From a virus (Duplodnaviria; Caudoviricetes), in the IMG/VR virus record IMGVR_UViG_3300017917_003016, positions 64,001-128,000 of that record: DNA of 64,000 nucleotides; one strand, written 5' to 3'. The position numbers were made by a program, and so were the translations under genes. Every line of letters starts with the position of its first letter. Within the stretch, counting starts at the first letter, position 1. The notes beneath the pieces were generated by a model. It was given only the letters and a program-made list of their open reading frames with translations, was not told where the DNA came from and ran no database searches. This document shows positions 9,601 to 20,168 of this stretch, one piece after another.

Positions 9601-11490
9601 CTGGCCAATACCATACAAAGCAATCAGATCAATACTCTGACTGCCAATGCGGCTACACAAAGCGATTTAATTATTGCAACTAATGCTAACATAACTCAGG
9701 CCAACCTAGGCATGCGAGGCTACGTTGATCAAGGCAATCTAGGCATGATAGGTTTTGTCAACGCTACCACAGTGTTTGCCAACGTTGGCATGCGGGGCTA
9801 CGTAGATCAACAGATTTTGATTACCACACAGACTGCAGCCAATGCCAACGTGGCCATGCGCGGTTATGTAGATTTTGCCAACACCATACAGGCCAATGCC
9901 ATTGCTGCTGCTAACATAGGCATGCAGGGATATGTTGATTTTGCCAACACTGTACAGGCCAATGCCATTGCTGCTGCTAACATAGGCATGCAGGGATATG
10001 TTGACTTTGCTAATTCTATACAGGCTGGTAGTATATCGGCCGGCAATGTGGGCATGCGAGGCTATGTAGATCAGCAGATTTTGATTACTACACAAACTGC
10101 AGCCAACGCTAACGTAGCAATGAAGGGCTACGTTGACAATGCTGTGACCACAGCCAACGTTGGTATGGTTGGATTCGTCCAAGCGTCAGTGTTTAATGCC
10201 AATGCTGGTGTCATCGGTTATGTAAATCTCAGCAACAGTTCAATGAAGAGTTATGTGGATCTCAGTAACTCTAGCATGAAGAGCTATGTTGATTTCACAG
10301 TTAATAACATAGCACAATACAGCAACGTACAGGTAGCCACATATCTACCAACTTATAATGGCACTATTGGCAGTCTAACCACTGCCAATACTAACATGAA
10401 AAACTATGTTGATGGGCAGATCACTGCGGCCAATGCAGGCGTAACTGCGGCCAACGTTGGTATGGTTGGCTATGTTCAATATACTGTGACACAGGCTAAT
10501 CTGGGTCTAAAGGGCTATATTGATCTGGCCAATACCATACAAAGTAATCAGATCAACACGTTGACGTCAAACGCCGCTACACAAAGCGATTTGATTATCG
10601 CAATCAATGCTAATGTGACCCAGGCCAATTTGGGTATGAAAGGCTACGTTGACAGCCAGGTAACAGCGGCTAACGTGGCTTGGGCTGCTAATGCATCGGC
10701 CCAACAAACACTAATTTATGATTTGCAGTCTAGCAAGATTGGCAACGTGCTGGGCACAGCCAACGAAATCACAGCCACACCTAGCGGAACTAATGTAACC
10801 TTAAGCCTGCCAGGCAATGTAATAATGCCAGGCAAACTAACATTGGCTGCAGGCAATGCCACAGTTACTCCTTTGGTATTCCAATTGGGAACACTAAACA
10901 CTGCAGTATCTGGTAGTTGGGAGTATGACGGACGAGTGTTCTACGCAACACCACAGGATGCCGAAAGGGGTGTAGCGAAAACAGCACAGATGTACATGGC
11001 CAATCTTACACAGACCATGACCAGCACCACTAGCCCCCAACCGCTGTTCCCACAATTGACGCGTGGTGTTTCATTAAACTCGCAAACACGCTATGCTTAT
11101 CGTATCCTGGGTGAAATTGACACAGGTAGCCATATTAGCAGTACCACAGTTAGTTATGGGCTAGCACTCAGCGGTGGTGCAACCATAGCCAAACACTGTT
11201 GGGTAGCCAACCCATGTACCGGCAGCGGCCCACAGCCGGCCTATCAAGTGGCCTATCAAGTGTTTGGCAGTTACGGCGGCAACACCATGACGCCCAGCAT
11301 CAGTAACGGCGCTAAATTTACTTTTATCATAGATGGTATCATTGACATGATCACATCAGGCAATGTTAACCCGCAACTTACATTCAGTGTGTCACCAGGT
11401 AGTGCCACAGCACTACAACAGGGTACATTTATGGAAATTTGGCCTGTGGGTAATATTACTGGTAATGTAAACATCGGCAATTGGGCTTAG
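6601..11490 (+). CDS. tail fibre / adhesin 1 (1629 aa)
   Basis: N-terminal ILKRGNT...GEITYDTDLKTVRVHDGVTPGG fibre-attachment domain; AANxGMxGYVD repeats; Asn/Thr/Gly-rich. Confidence 0.8.
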   Translation: MTDQIRQFILKRGNTAVSQNYTGPIGEITYDTDLKTVRVHDGVTPGGNIIVGGNVFSVLSSEIYVIQSNVANLQANVSALQGNAANQQTEINNLFANALAQQTQINTLIDNTNFGNLSINDQTISGLISDRDITLAPTGNALVTVPGLKIPVGSVIQGVSNIVAVITNLTLDSVVDTSTGPGDNLNIGDYGLTNGIPHPWTVYKFTTTPSPILQVNDVITGAGIPFNSNVQFVGSGLYSQDVIVNTSIYGNVYPPNGTTVFTTRAVVNAGLAITTQANTDITLNPGVSGNIVPASSLIPLVHNVYNLGTPTKRFKELWLGAGTIYVLDETLGIDLSIGARDGNLYVGGAAGLTVGKFTLTGNTIALENPTEDFRIGTNLATGNLIINRPVVINNPLYPSFEYPAFSVDRNGLVEINPPGNWDITRAALNIVGTSSGNQLPRNFGNTMLNIVGQDNSPTRISADAHGVTGSQNAYVSIAARATRGTVDAPSQTLAGDTMLRLTNQGWTSGGAFASSILRLNFEAAENFTPVATGTRMTVQTTPVGSNVIQTTATFYSNGLHLFGNTVTTAYYFADGSAQYTAANILAINASVAAVNANVVLANTTMKSYVDGQILAANAGVTAANLAMKGYVDGTAVTTINGGTGIGVSRVNGTVTVNATGVANVFGTANQVIVTDAGSKNLTLSLPQSIATNSSPTFSNLTVTNLTVTGNLAYTQTGTLTGKNIYLANNSTNSSQIDGGGFYLGNIQQAYYRSFLYNLNSNAWDTNGAGLITQNLIATDANFNGNVFSNGSAHFGALAMTINFPNAAIQVDENLNSYAQVVTMNHNNGSDASTDYVAVNDIGNDSSNYIDMGINSSTYTGAALGWTVSGPNAGYLVVYGNAQLPPNGNLTLGTATPSTHIDFHTSGTTAANIRLTINDNGLVIPGNVNVTGNILANNATVNNLTVTTLTATTVTGNINYANIYNAPVNLSQFNNDTSFANTTYVTNSVNTANLALKGYVDLANTIQSNQINTLTANAATQSDLIIATNANITQANLGMRGYVDQGNLGMIGFVNATTVFANVGMRGYVDQQILITTQTAANANVAMRGYVDFANTIQANAIAAANIGMQGYVDFANTVQANAIAAANIGMQGYVDFANSIQAGSISAGNVGMRGYVDQQILITTQTAANANVAMKGYVDNAVTTANVGMVGFVQASVFNANAGVIGYVNLSNSSMKSYVDLSNSSMKSYVDFTVNNIAQYSNVQVATYLPTYNGTIGSLTTANTNMKNYVDGQITAANAGVTAANVGMVGYVQYTVTQANLGLKGYIDLANTIQSNQINTLTSNAATQSDLIIAINANVTQANLGMKGYVDSQVTAANVAWAANASAQQTLIYDLQSSKIGNVLGTANEITATPSGTNVTLSLPGNVIMPGKLTLAAGNATVTPLVFQLGTLNTAVSGSWEYDGRVFYATPQDAERGVAKTAQMYMANLTQTMTSTTSPQPLFPQLTRGVSLNSQTRYAYRILGEIDTGSHISSTTVSYGLALSGGATIAKHCWVANPCTGSGPQPAYQVAYQVFGSYGGNTMTPSISNGAKFTFIIDGIIDMITSGNVNPQLTFSVSPGSATALQQGTFMEIWPVGNITGNVNIGNWA
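9871..10010 (+). repeat. 66-bp in-frame tandem repeat (DFANTIQANAIAAANIGMQGYV), about 2.1 copies
   Basis: Units start at 9871, 9937 and 10003; near-identical DNA. Confidence 0.9.
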
Positions 11491-11507
11491 TATACCTAAT
11501 CTAACTA

Positions 11508-11536
11508 AAACAAACCCGCCCAGGCGGGTTTTGTTT
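11508..11536 (+). terminator. intrinsic terminator, potentially bidirectional
   Basis: AAACAAACCCGCC-CA-GGCGGGTTTTGTTT after fibre 1 stop. Confidence 0.85.
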
Positions 11537-11548
11537 GACTAAAACCTG

Positions 11549-11555
11549 ATAAATA
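11549..11555 (+). promoter_or_regulatory. T4-type late promoter box
   Basis: ATAAATA upstream of fibre 2. Same box at 26913, 28994, 29469, 29898, 30257, 35126, 45424, 45868, 47700, 50662, 53140, 59555, 59929, 60882. Confidence 0.65.
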
Positions 11556-11580
11556 CTGAATATACAACAAGAGTGTTCCC

Positions 11581-14500
11581 ATGTCCGATCCAGTAAATTC
11601 AGTAGCAGGCAGAACAGGCAACGTAATCCTAACAGTTAACGACATAGTTGGATTTGACAATGCCAACTTTGCCAACACCGCTTATGTAGATCTACAGTTA
11701 AATGCCATTGTAGGCGGCGCACCGGGTGCGCTACAAACATTGGCCAATCTTGCCAATGCACTGAATGATGGCAGCAATATTGCCAGTGTAATTATCAATG
11801 ATATAACACTATTACAGGCCAATGATGCTGTACAGTCTGGTAATATTCGAACTCTACAGAACCAGGTCACTGCACTACAGTTGGGTAATGCTGCAGTTAC
11901 GGGTAGAGTAACTTCTCTAGAAACTGCCAACACTGTGCAGTATGCTGCAATTAGCAGTATTAGTACCACAATTACCAACATGCTCAACGGAACTGCACAG
12001 TTCCAAGATTTAGTAACTGTTGGTAACGGGATTTACAATCTGGGATCAGAAATTCATCAATGGAAGTATGGTTACTTCACTGACAAGATTTTCCTTGGTG
12101 GACATCAACTGACAGTTGACTATTATGGCAATCTGCGCATCGATGGACATTTAGTTGCTACGGGGAATGTAAATCTTGATTTATCAAACTACAGTGGTAA
12201 CATTGTTCCCAGCACCAATAGAAGATATACCATAGGCAACGTTAACTATCAATGGCATAGTTTGTTCGTTAGTAATACAGTTTACATAGGCGGTACATCC
12301 CTGACCATCTCCAATGGTAACCTATTGGTCAATGGCAATGTAATCACAGGCAGTGGCGGCACTGCTAATACAGGTAATATCGTATTCAATGGTACTTCTA
12401 TTGCTTTAGATGCAGGCAAAGTCGCAGCGGCTAGCACAGTATTAGAATTGAGCCCTAATGCAGAAGGCTGGGCATATTTACAACTACCTAATGACATTAG
12501 TGGTAACATATACAATACTCGCTTACACAATGATGCTGGTAATGTAGAAATTGGCACAGGCGATTCCAGTCATGGTGGTCCTGGATACACTTGGACATTT
12601 GGCAGAGATGGGCTTACACGATTCCCTAGCGGATTAAGATTCCCAGGACAATATTCTGATATTGTCACTGCCAACGTTGGTATTGATAATAAAGACATTG
12701 ATATCTATACTAACGAATGGATGGGCGGTGGTGTAGAAGTTTACCTAGAACACGACAGTCGTGTTTCTATACAGACTAACAACGGTGGTTATATTTGGGG
12801 ATTTGACAAGTACGGTAATCTAACCCTACCACATAACAGCAGAATAACAGAAGTGCCAAGCCCGGTGCCTGGAAATTATGCCCTATCTTTATCCGGCACA
12901 GGAGCAGTTAGTCCAGATCAACAGTTATTGATATATCCAACTAGTATCGATGCTAACCACTTGCACCTAACCACAGGTAATTTATACAACACCGAATTAT
13001 TCTTTGGTAATGATGATCTATTTGTTAAGTTGTCTAACATTGGTGATATAGTAGTCAACACCAACAATAACCAAGGTAATACTGCACAATGGACATTTGG
13101 TGCTGATGGCACATTAACAACTCCGGGCACAGTCAAAACCAACTTGATCAGTAGCAGAGCAGCCGGTCAACGAGTTACAATTGATCCAGACGGGACAAAT
13201 CTATCATACATTAGAGTTGACGGCTTTGATGATGGCGGCGAACGAATAGTTATTTCTAATCAATTTACTAATAGCCTGGGTATGTATTTCTATACAGAAA
13301 ATGGTACATTCAGAATGTATCAAAACATGCTTGGCTTCCCAGACAGTACTTGGCAAACTACAGCGTTCAGTAATGCTGCAATTGATACCTACTTAGTAGC
13401 AGAAACAGTCAAAAATATCCACGGTAACGTAACTATTTTTGGTAACTTATTTGTTAACGGTTCTACAACTACAATTAGCACTAATAATTATGTGATTAGT
13501 GACAATATTGTCAACTTTGCCAATGCTAACCCAGCAGACAGTTTAGATATTGGTTTTGTTGGGCATCGTACACCAAGCGGTCAACCTTTACAACACACTG
13601 GTTTGGTACGTGATGCCAGTGCCAACCAATGGAAATTGTTCAGTAACGTAACACAAAATCCAGGTGCCACTGTTGATTTCACTGATGCAGTCTACGATGA
13701 CCTGCAGGTTGGCAACATTACCAGTCCAACCATCACAGCGATTAACGCTAACATAGCGGCGGCCAACGCGGCTATTGCCTTTGCTAATACCATACAGTCA
13801 CAACAGATCGCTGCTGCCAACGTGGGCATGAAAGGCTATGTTGATAGTCAAACATTCTACAGTAACGCTCGGGTAGCAACTTATCTACAATATGGTAATA
13901 TCGCTAATATTTCAGCAGCGGGCAATGTCACAGCAACATATTTTATTGGTAACGGTGCGCTACTGACCGGTATTGCGGCTAGCAGTAGTTACAGTAACGT
14001 TCAAGTGGCCACATACTTGCCAACTTATTCAGGCAATCTATCAGCAGGTGGATATTTTGGCATGGCTGGCGCAGACGGAACTACGGTGGTAGATTTCCAA
14101 ACGGGTGCTGCAACCAATCAAATTATCACTCTAAGCAGCAACTACACATTCAGTATCAAAGCAGGTGCTGCAGCAAGCAATCGAGGATCTCTAGTACTAG
14201 AGTCTGGTCAAAACAGCCGCGTTAGAATCAATGGTAACGGTAGTAATGTTCTAATTACAGCAGGCAATGGCACACAATCTAGTACTTGGATATTTGCTAA
14301 TTCTGGTGTGTTGACATTCCCAGATGGCACTACACAAACCACAGCGGCTTCAGGTGGTGGAAGTAACTACAGCAACAGCAACGTGGCTAGTTATCTGGTG
14401 ACCTACACAGGCAATCTATCTGCAGGCAATGCTAACATTATCAGCAACCTAACTGTTGGTAGTTATCTAACAACATCAGGAACAGGCGGTAATATTTCAG

Positions 14501-17500
14501 GTGTAAACTACTACCTGGGTAATACCGCAATTATCACCAGTAACGTTTATGTATCATCGGGTAACGTAACAGCACAATACCTATTTGGTAATGGTAGCCA
14601 ACTGACAGGCATACCAAGTTCATATAGCAATGTTCAAGTGGCTACTTACCTAGCCACAGGATTATCTTCAAATATTGTTGTTGGCACAGGAGCATTTTTT
14701 GTAGGTAATGTGTCAGCAACCACTACCATGCAATACAGTAGTGGTCAAGGTGGCTTACTATTTACAAAACTTGTAGGCGGAACCGGCGCGGCAATCTATA
14801 GTCTAAATGTGACCCCAAGTGCACAAAACTATGCTTTGTCAACCAATGGAGCATCATTGAATTTAAATGCACCAACTGGTGGCGGCGTTTATACCAGCAT
14901 CAACAATACCTTAGTTACATCATTGACTGCTGGATACTTGAACGTAGCAGGCAATGTGTCAGCGGCAAACGTTTCAGCACAATATCTATTTGGTGACGGT
15001 AGCAATCTAACCAATATGTATAGCAACGTAAACGTTACCAATTACTTGCCGTCGCACACAGGCAACGTTGGTGTTAACTACTTGCTAGGTACGACACCAA
15101 ATGTAATATTAACAGCAGGCACATTCAACAGTACATTTGACACTCTGGGTAATGTGTCCATGCCCAATGTTTATGTTACTGGTAATGTCATTGCTGGATA
15201 TTTCATAGGCAATGGAAGTTTACTAACAGGATTGCCCAGCAGTTACAGCAACACCCAAACAGCCGCTTACCTGAATACCATGGGTTATAACCTGTATTCA
15301 AACGTAAACGTGGCCGCGTACATGCCCACATACTTGTCTAGTTACACAGGCAATATCACAGCACAGAACATTACCGTCAGCGGCAATATTAATCTAACTG
15401 GTAATATCCTGCAGATCAACAGCGCGGTATTCTATGGTAATGTTGGCACGGGCTTCTCGGCATTATACGCTGGTGCCCCTGGCTATACACAACTACCACA
15501 AGTAGTAGCGCAGTTTACAACCAACTATAATGGCTACGCACAACTTAACTCACAAAATTTAGGTGTTGGTAACCAAGCATCAACCGACTTTGTAGCCACT
15601 GCTAATAATGGTAATGACAGCGCATACTTCGTAGATTTGGGCATTGCAGGCAATGGATACGATCCTGCAGTGGGTGCTAATAACAACGCACTTGGTACAG
15701 TATTATCAGCCAACGATGCTTACTTGTACACCGCAGGTAATACCGCAGTTAATGTGGGTGGTAACTTGGTTATTGGTGTTCAAACACAGAATAAGAACAT
15801 TAAATTCTTTGCTGGCGGCGTTAATGCCAACAATGTGGTGTTGACCATAGCCAATACTGGTATCACTACAAGTAACGTCACAGCCGACTATTTGATTGCC
15901 AGTGGGCAGTTCTTAACATCATTACCGGGATATGCCTACAGCAATGTCAATGTCAAAGCCTATACTGAGTCTATGGGCTTCCAAAATTACGGTAATGTCA
16001 ACGTAGCAGCATTGATAACAACCAATGGACTTACCAACTACAGTAATGTTAACGTAGCAGCATATGCTCAAACTCAAGGTTATACTAACTATAGTAATGT
16101 TAATGCAGCAGCATTTACGTCGGGACTCACAAACTACAGTAACGTAAACACTGCAGCCTACTTAAACAGCCAAGGTTATAACCTATACAGCAATGTCAAC
16201 GTAATCGCTTATCTAGCAGGTAATATCACTGTGGGTAATGTCACTGCTACATATTTTACTGGTAACGGTGCATTCTTAACAGGGTTACCGGCGGGTTATA
16301 GTAATGTTCAGACTGCAGCATATTTAAACGCTACAGGTTACAACTTATATAGCAATGTCAACGTTGCGGCTTACCTAAGCACAGCAACTATTAATACCAC
16401 AGGTAATATCACGGCCGCTTACATCAGCGGTAATATTTCAGTAACTGGTAATGTAACAGGCACAAGTCCAAATGTAACGATACAAGCCGGCAGTTACTCG
16501 AGTGTATTTGATAATCAAGGTAATGTTACAGTTCCAAGATTATTTGCCAACGGTAATATTCAAAGCACAGGTTACGTATTTGGTAACGGCGCGTTCTTAA
16601 CTGGTGTAGTTACAGGTAGTAGTTACAGCAATGTCCAAGTGGCCACATACTTGCCAACTTACTCGGGCAATATTGCCAATGTCAGGCTTGGCGTAAGTGG
16701 TGTGTTAACATTCCCAGATGGCACAACACAAATCACAGCAGCCACAGGCGGCGGAAGTTCGTATAGCAATGTCAATGTAGCAGCCTATATATCAACCTAC
16801 ACAGGAAATTTATCAGCAGGTAATGCCAATATTATCAGCAATTTAACTGTTGGTAGTTACATATCAACATCGGGTACAGGCGGTAACATTTCAGGTGTTA
16901 ACTTCTACCTTGGTAACCTTGCTATCCTAACAGGCAATATCACAGCCAGTTCGTTCATCGGTAGCGGTATATACTTGTCAGCACTACCCGGATATGCTTA
17001 TAGCAATGTTAATGTTATTGCTTATCTAAATGCAACTGGCTACAACTTATACAGTAATGTAAACGTGGCCGCCTATCTAACAACCTACGGTGGTGCAATA
17101 CAGTCGAGTAACGTTCAAACAACCACAGCCAACATACAGGCACTCACAGCATCTACTAACAATGCCACTGGTGCACTGCGTGTCATGGGCGGTGCCGGCA
17201 TACGCGGTAACTTGAATGTAGGATCATTGGATATTCCAGGTGCTCTGCATACTATAGTGGGTAATGTTAGTGTTACTGGCGCTGGCACTGAATACTTTAA
17301 CATTGGTGGCAACGTCATGGCCATCCAAGGTTCGTTTGGTTCAATCAATGCCACTGGTGCAATCAATACCACAGGTAACGTTTTGGCTGCTAGCATTGTT
17401 GGTACATTAGCCACTGCTAGTCAGACAGGTATTACCGCAGTTGGTACATTGGCTACCTTAACTGTATCAGGTAATGCCACAGTTGGTAATTTAGTGGGTG

Positions 17501-19410
17501 TTGAGGCTAACACACGTATTATTGCTAACAATTATGTGTCAACGTTTGATATCTATGGAAATGTAACATTCCCTGGTAATGTTATTGCTACACGGTTTAT
17601 CGGTGACGGTAGTCTACTAACTGGTATCGCAGGCGGTGGAACTAACTATTCAAACGTAAACGTGGCTGCTTATTTAAATACACAAGGTTACAACTTATAC
17701 AGTAACGTAAACGTGGCTAGTTATCTAGGCACAGGTCAGATTACAGTTGCTAATCTAAAATTGGCACCAAGTGGCAATATCGTATTTGCTGATGGTACAA
17801 CACAGACCACAGCAGGTATTAATAATAATTATGGTAATGTAAACGTAGCAAGTTATCTGGGCGCAATGAACCCAGTTAAACTTGGGTCAGGTGCAGGTGC
17901 AACAAGCCAAGGTACAGATGCGGTGGCCATTGGCCGTGATGCCGGCAAACAACAGGGCACAGAAGCAGTGGCCATTGGTGTTATAGCAGGTCAGACCAAT
18001 CAAGGAAATTGGGGTGTAGCAATTGGCAGTAGTGCAGGTGCAAGTAATCAAGGCGCTCGTGCGGTGGCCATTGGTGTACAGGCTGCTGAAGTTACTCAAG
18101 GCGTGGGCGCAGTGGCCCTTGGTGCATATGCAGGTGACAACAATCAAGGACAATATGCCATTGCTGTTGGTTATCAAGCAGGTCCCCTTAATCAACCACA
18201 AAACAGTATTATATTAAACGCCAGCGGGTCAACATTAAATGTTTCTAATAGTGGTCTATATGTAAATCCAGTACGAAATGATTTGGCCAATGTTGCTAAT
18301 GTAATTTATTACAATGCAGCAACCAATGAACTAACCTATGCGCCAGCAAGCGCCATATATTCAAATGTACAGGTCGCTACATATCTGCCAACTTATAGTG
18401 GAAATATTTCTTCTGGTAATGTTACAACTATTGGTAATGTCACAGCCAGTTACTTGGTTGGTACACAAGTTGGTAATAGTGTTGGTACTACGGCAACCTA
18501 CACTGGTAACATATCGGCTGGTAATGTCTCAGTTACAGGCAACGTTACTGCCGGTTACTTAGTTGGCATTCATGTTGGTAACGCAGTTGGTACAACAGCC
18601 ACATATACCGGTAATGTTAATGCCGCATACTTCATCGGTAATATCGCTAGTAGCCCAAGTGGTAATCTAAACGTTGTTGGCAACTTGATATCTACAGGTT
18701 ATGGCTTCTTCCCAGGAGCATATAACGAAAGTGCTACAACATCTGGTGTGTTTATTGGTAACACTGGTAGTGGGACACCAACTCCACGTATTGGATTCTA
18801 CAATGGTAACGTTACACAGAACTGGCAGGTAGACAACTACTTTGGCCAATTCCGTTGGTTTACTCCTGGCATTACACAGATGACATTAGATCCTACTGGC
18901 AGTTTGTCAGTAACAAACGCTACGGTTACAACATTAACAGCAACCGGAAACGCAAACGTTGCTGGTACTGGTGGCATATCTATACCAAATCGACCAGCGT
19001 TCCGGGTAACTGGACAAGGTAGTTCACAGACTACAGGTGCTAACCTTACATCTAGCAACTGGACTGTTGATTATACCCAAGGAAACTCTGCGGCTTATCT
19101 AAACGGTACTAATGGTACATTTACAGCACCAGTGGCTGGCCTATACCAAACCAGCCTAACAGCCAGAACATCGACTAATACTAATGCTAGTATCATACAA
19201 GCAGTGATATATCAGATAAAAGGTGGAACTCAAACAGTGGCTCTGATGATTGAGTGGGGACCAAATACCTCATTTAATCACGCTAGTGGATCAACTACGG
19301 TTAAATTGGCTGCAGGCGACAAACTGTATGTAACCTGTACAGCCAATGGCGGCGGCTCAGGATTCAGTTTTGACGGTAATGATCATTGGGACGTAGTCTA
19401 TTTGGGATAA
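11581..19410 (+). CDS. giant tail fibre / adhesin 2 (2609 aa)
   Basis: Many YSNVxVAxYL repeats; GxxAVAIG YadA-head-like repeats (~17890-18185); C1q/TNF-like C terminus (PAFRV...GTFTAPVAGLY...VKLAAGDKLYV). Confidence 0.8.
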   Translation: MSDPVNSVAGRTGNVILTVNDIVGFDNANFANTAYVDLQLNAIVGGAPGALQTLANLANALNDGSNIASVIINDITLLQANDAVQSGNIRTLQNQVTALQLGNAAVTGRVTSLETANTVQYAAISSISTTITNMLNGTAQFQDLVTVGNGIYNLGSEIHQWKYGYFTDKIFLGGHQLTVDYYGNLRIDGHLVATGNVNLDLSNYSGNIVPSTNRRYTIGNVNYQWHSLFVSNTVYIGGTSLTISNGNLLVNGNVITGSGGTANTGNIVFNGTSIALDAGKVAAASTVLELSPNAEGWAYLQLPNDISGNIYNTRLHNDAGNVEIGTGDSSHGGPGYTWTFGRDGLTRFPSGLRFPGQYSDIVTANVGIDNKDIDIYTNEWMGGGVEVYLEHDSRVSIQTNNGGYIWGFDKYGNLTLPHNSRITEVPSPVPGNYALSLSGTGAVSPDQQLLIYPTSIDANHLHLTTGNLYNTELFFGNDDLFVKLSNIGDIVVNTNNNQGNTAQWTFGADGTLTTPGTVKTNLISSRAAGQRVTIDPDGTNLSYIRVDGFDDGGERIVISNQFTNSLGMYFYTENGTFRMYQNMLGFPDSTWQTTAFSNAAIDTYLVAETVKNIHGNVTIFGNLFVNGSTTTISTNNYVISDNIVNFANANPADSLDIGFVGHRTPSGQPLQHTGLVRDASANQWKLFSNVTQNPGATVDFTDAVYDDLQVGNITSPTITAINANIAAANAAIAFANTIQSQQIAAANVGMKGYVDSQTFYSNARVATYLQYGNIANISAAGNVTATYFIGNGALLTGIAASSSYSNVQVATYLPTYSGNLSAGGYFGMAGADGTTVVDFQTGAATNQIITLSSNYTFSIKAGAAASNRGSLVLESGQNSRVRINGNGSNVLITAGNGTQSSTWIFANSGVLTFPDGTTQTTAASGGGSNYSNSNVASYLVTYTGNLSAGNANIISNLTVGSYLTTSGTGGNISGVNYYLGNTAIITSNVYVSSGNVTAQYLFGNGSQLTGIPSSYSNVQVATYLATGLSSNIVVGTGAFFVGNVSATTTMQYSSGQGGLLFTKLVGGTGAAIYSLNVTPSAQNYALSTNGASLNLNAPTGGGVYTSINNTLVTSLTAGYLNVAGNVSAANVSAQYLFGDGSNLTNMYSNVNVTNYLPSHTGNVGVNYLLGTTPNVILTAGTFNSTFDTLGNVSMPNVYVTGNVIAGYFIGNGSLLTGLPSSYSNTQTAAYLNTMGYNLYSNVNVAAYMPTYLSSYTGNITAQNITVSGNINLTGNILQINSAVFYGNVGTGFSALYAGAPGYTQLPQVVAQFTTNYNGYAQLNSQNLGVGNQASTDFVATANNGNDSAYFVDLGIAGNGYDPAVGANNNALGTVLSANDAYLYTAGNTAVNVGGNLVIGVQTQNKNIKFFAGGVNANNVVLTIANTGITTSNVTADYLIASGQFLTSLPGYAYSNVNVKAYTESMGFQNYGNVNVAALITTNGLTNYSNVNVAAYAQTQGYTNYSNVNAAAFTSGLTNYSNVNTAAYLNSQGYNLYSNVNVIAYLAGNITVGNVTATYFTGNGAFLTGLPAGYSNVQTAAYLNATGYNLYSNVNVAAYLSTATINTTGNITAAYISGNISVTGNVTGTSPNVTIQAGSYSSVFDNQGNVTVPRLFANGNIQSTGYVFGNGAFLTGVVTGSSYSNVQVATYLPTYSGNIANVRLGVSGVLTFPDGTTQITAATGGGSSYSNVNVAAYISTYTGNLSAGNANIISNLTVGSYISTSGTGGNISGVNFYLGNLAILTGNITASSFIGSGIYLSALPGYAYSNVNVIAYLNATGYNLYSNVNVAAYLTTYGGAIQSSNVQTTTANIQALTASTNNATGALRVMGGAGIRGNLNVGSLDIPGALHTIVGNVSVTGAGTEYFNIGGNVMAIQGSFGSINATGAINTTGNVLAASIVGTLATASQTGITAVGTLATLTVSGNATVGNLVGVEANTRIIANNYVSTFDIYGNVTFPGNVIATRFIGDGSLLTGIAGGGTNYSNVNVAAYLNTQGYNLYSNVNVASYLGTGQITVANLKLAPSGNIVFADGTTQTTAGINNNYGNVNVASYLGAMNPVKLGSGAGATSQGTDAVAIGRDAGKQQGTEAVAIGVIAGQTNQGNWGVAIGSSAGASNQGARAVAIGVQAAEVTQGVGAVALGAYAGDNNQGQYAIAVGYQAGPLNQPQNSIILNASGSTLNVSNSGLYVNPVRNDLANVANVIYYNAATNELTYAPASAIYSNVQVATYLPTYSGNISSGNVTTIGNVTASYLVGTQVGNSVGTTATYTGNISAGNVSVTGNVTAGYLVGIHVGNAVGTTATYTGNVNAAYFIGNIASSPSGNLNVVGNLISTGYGFFPGAYNESATTSGVFIGNTGSGTPTPRIGFYNGNVTQNWQVDNYFGQFRWFTPGITQMTLDPTGSLSVTNATVTTLTATGNANVAGTGGISIPNRPAFRVTGQGSSQTTGANLTSSNWTVDYTQGNSAAYLNGTNGTFTAPVAGLYQTSLTARTSTNTNASIIQAVIYQIKGGTQTVALMIEWGPNTSFNHASGSTTVKLAAGDKLYVTCTANGGGSGFSFDGNDHWDVVYLG

Positions 19411-19419
19411 GGATAATCA

Positions 19420-20166
19420 ATGGCAATAATAGGATCAGGAATAACAATAGGATCAGGCATAACATTTAGCCCGCCCTATTCCATCACTTCAGCACAACTG
19501 ATCTATGATTTAGATGCGGCTAACTTTGTTTCAACCCCAGTAACTGGCAATCTTGACGCCACTGGTACTTATTCACTGACAGTGACCAATGCAGGGAGTA
19601 TTAGTTGGAAAAGTGCCAACGGTGGCTACTTTGAAAAGAACAATGCCACAGGTACAGACCATATCACTGGTGGACCTAACTACGCTACCAGCCAAAGTTA
19701 TACAGTATTCCTAGCATATCAAGTTGACAGTAGAAGCGGTGGCAGACTATTAAACACATCTAGTGAAGCGGTCAGCGACTGGCTAGCAGGCAGTTATTTT
19801 ACTGGTAGTTATTACAAGAATGTATTCTTTCCGGCTACCACTGTTAACTTGAGTAGTGATGTTTACACTACCAATAGTGGTTGGAACTTCCTTTGGGCAC
19901 TGTACAACACCACCACAGGTTGGGGTAACTTGTATATCGCGTCCAGCACAGTCAACAATGTCACAGGCCCAAGTGCAGTATACAAATCAGTACTTGTTGG
20001 ATCAGGCAGTGGCCACGGATTTAATCAATTGAGAATGTTCAGTCGTGCAGCAGGCAGTGAAGTTCAAACAGGCAATATTGGTTTTGTCAAAGTATGGAAT
20101 GGTATACTGTCCACAGCAGACATACAATATCTGTGGGGACAATATCACACGAGATTTGGAATATAA
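19420..20166 (+). CDS. LamG/concanavalin A-like virion-associated protein
   Basis: LIYDLDAANF...GNIGFVKVWNGILSTADI LamG-type ends. Confidence 0.65.
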   Translation: MAIIGSGITIGSGITFSPPYSITSAQLIYDLDAANFVSTPVTGNLDATGTYSLTVTNAGSISWKSANGGYFEKNNATGTDHITGGPNYATSQSYTVFLAYQVDSRSGGRLLNTSSEAVSDWLAGSYFTGSYYKNVFFPATTVNLSSDVYTTNSGWNFLWALYNTTTGWGNLYIASSTVNNVTGPSAVYKSVLVGSGSGHGFNQLRMFSRAAGSEVQTGNIGFVKVWNGILSTADIQYLWGQYHTRFGI

Positions 20167-20168
20167 GC

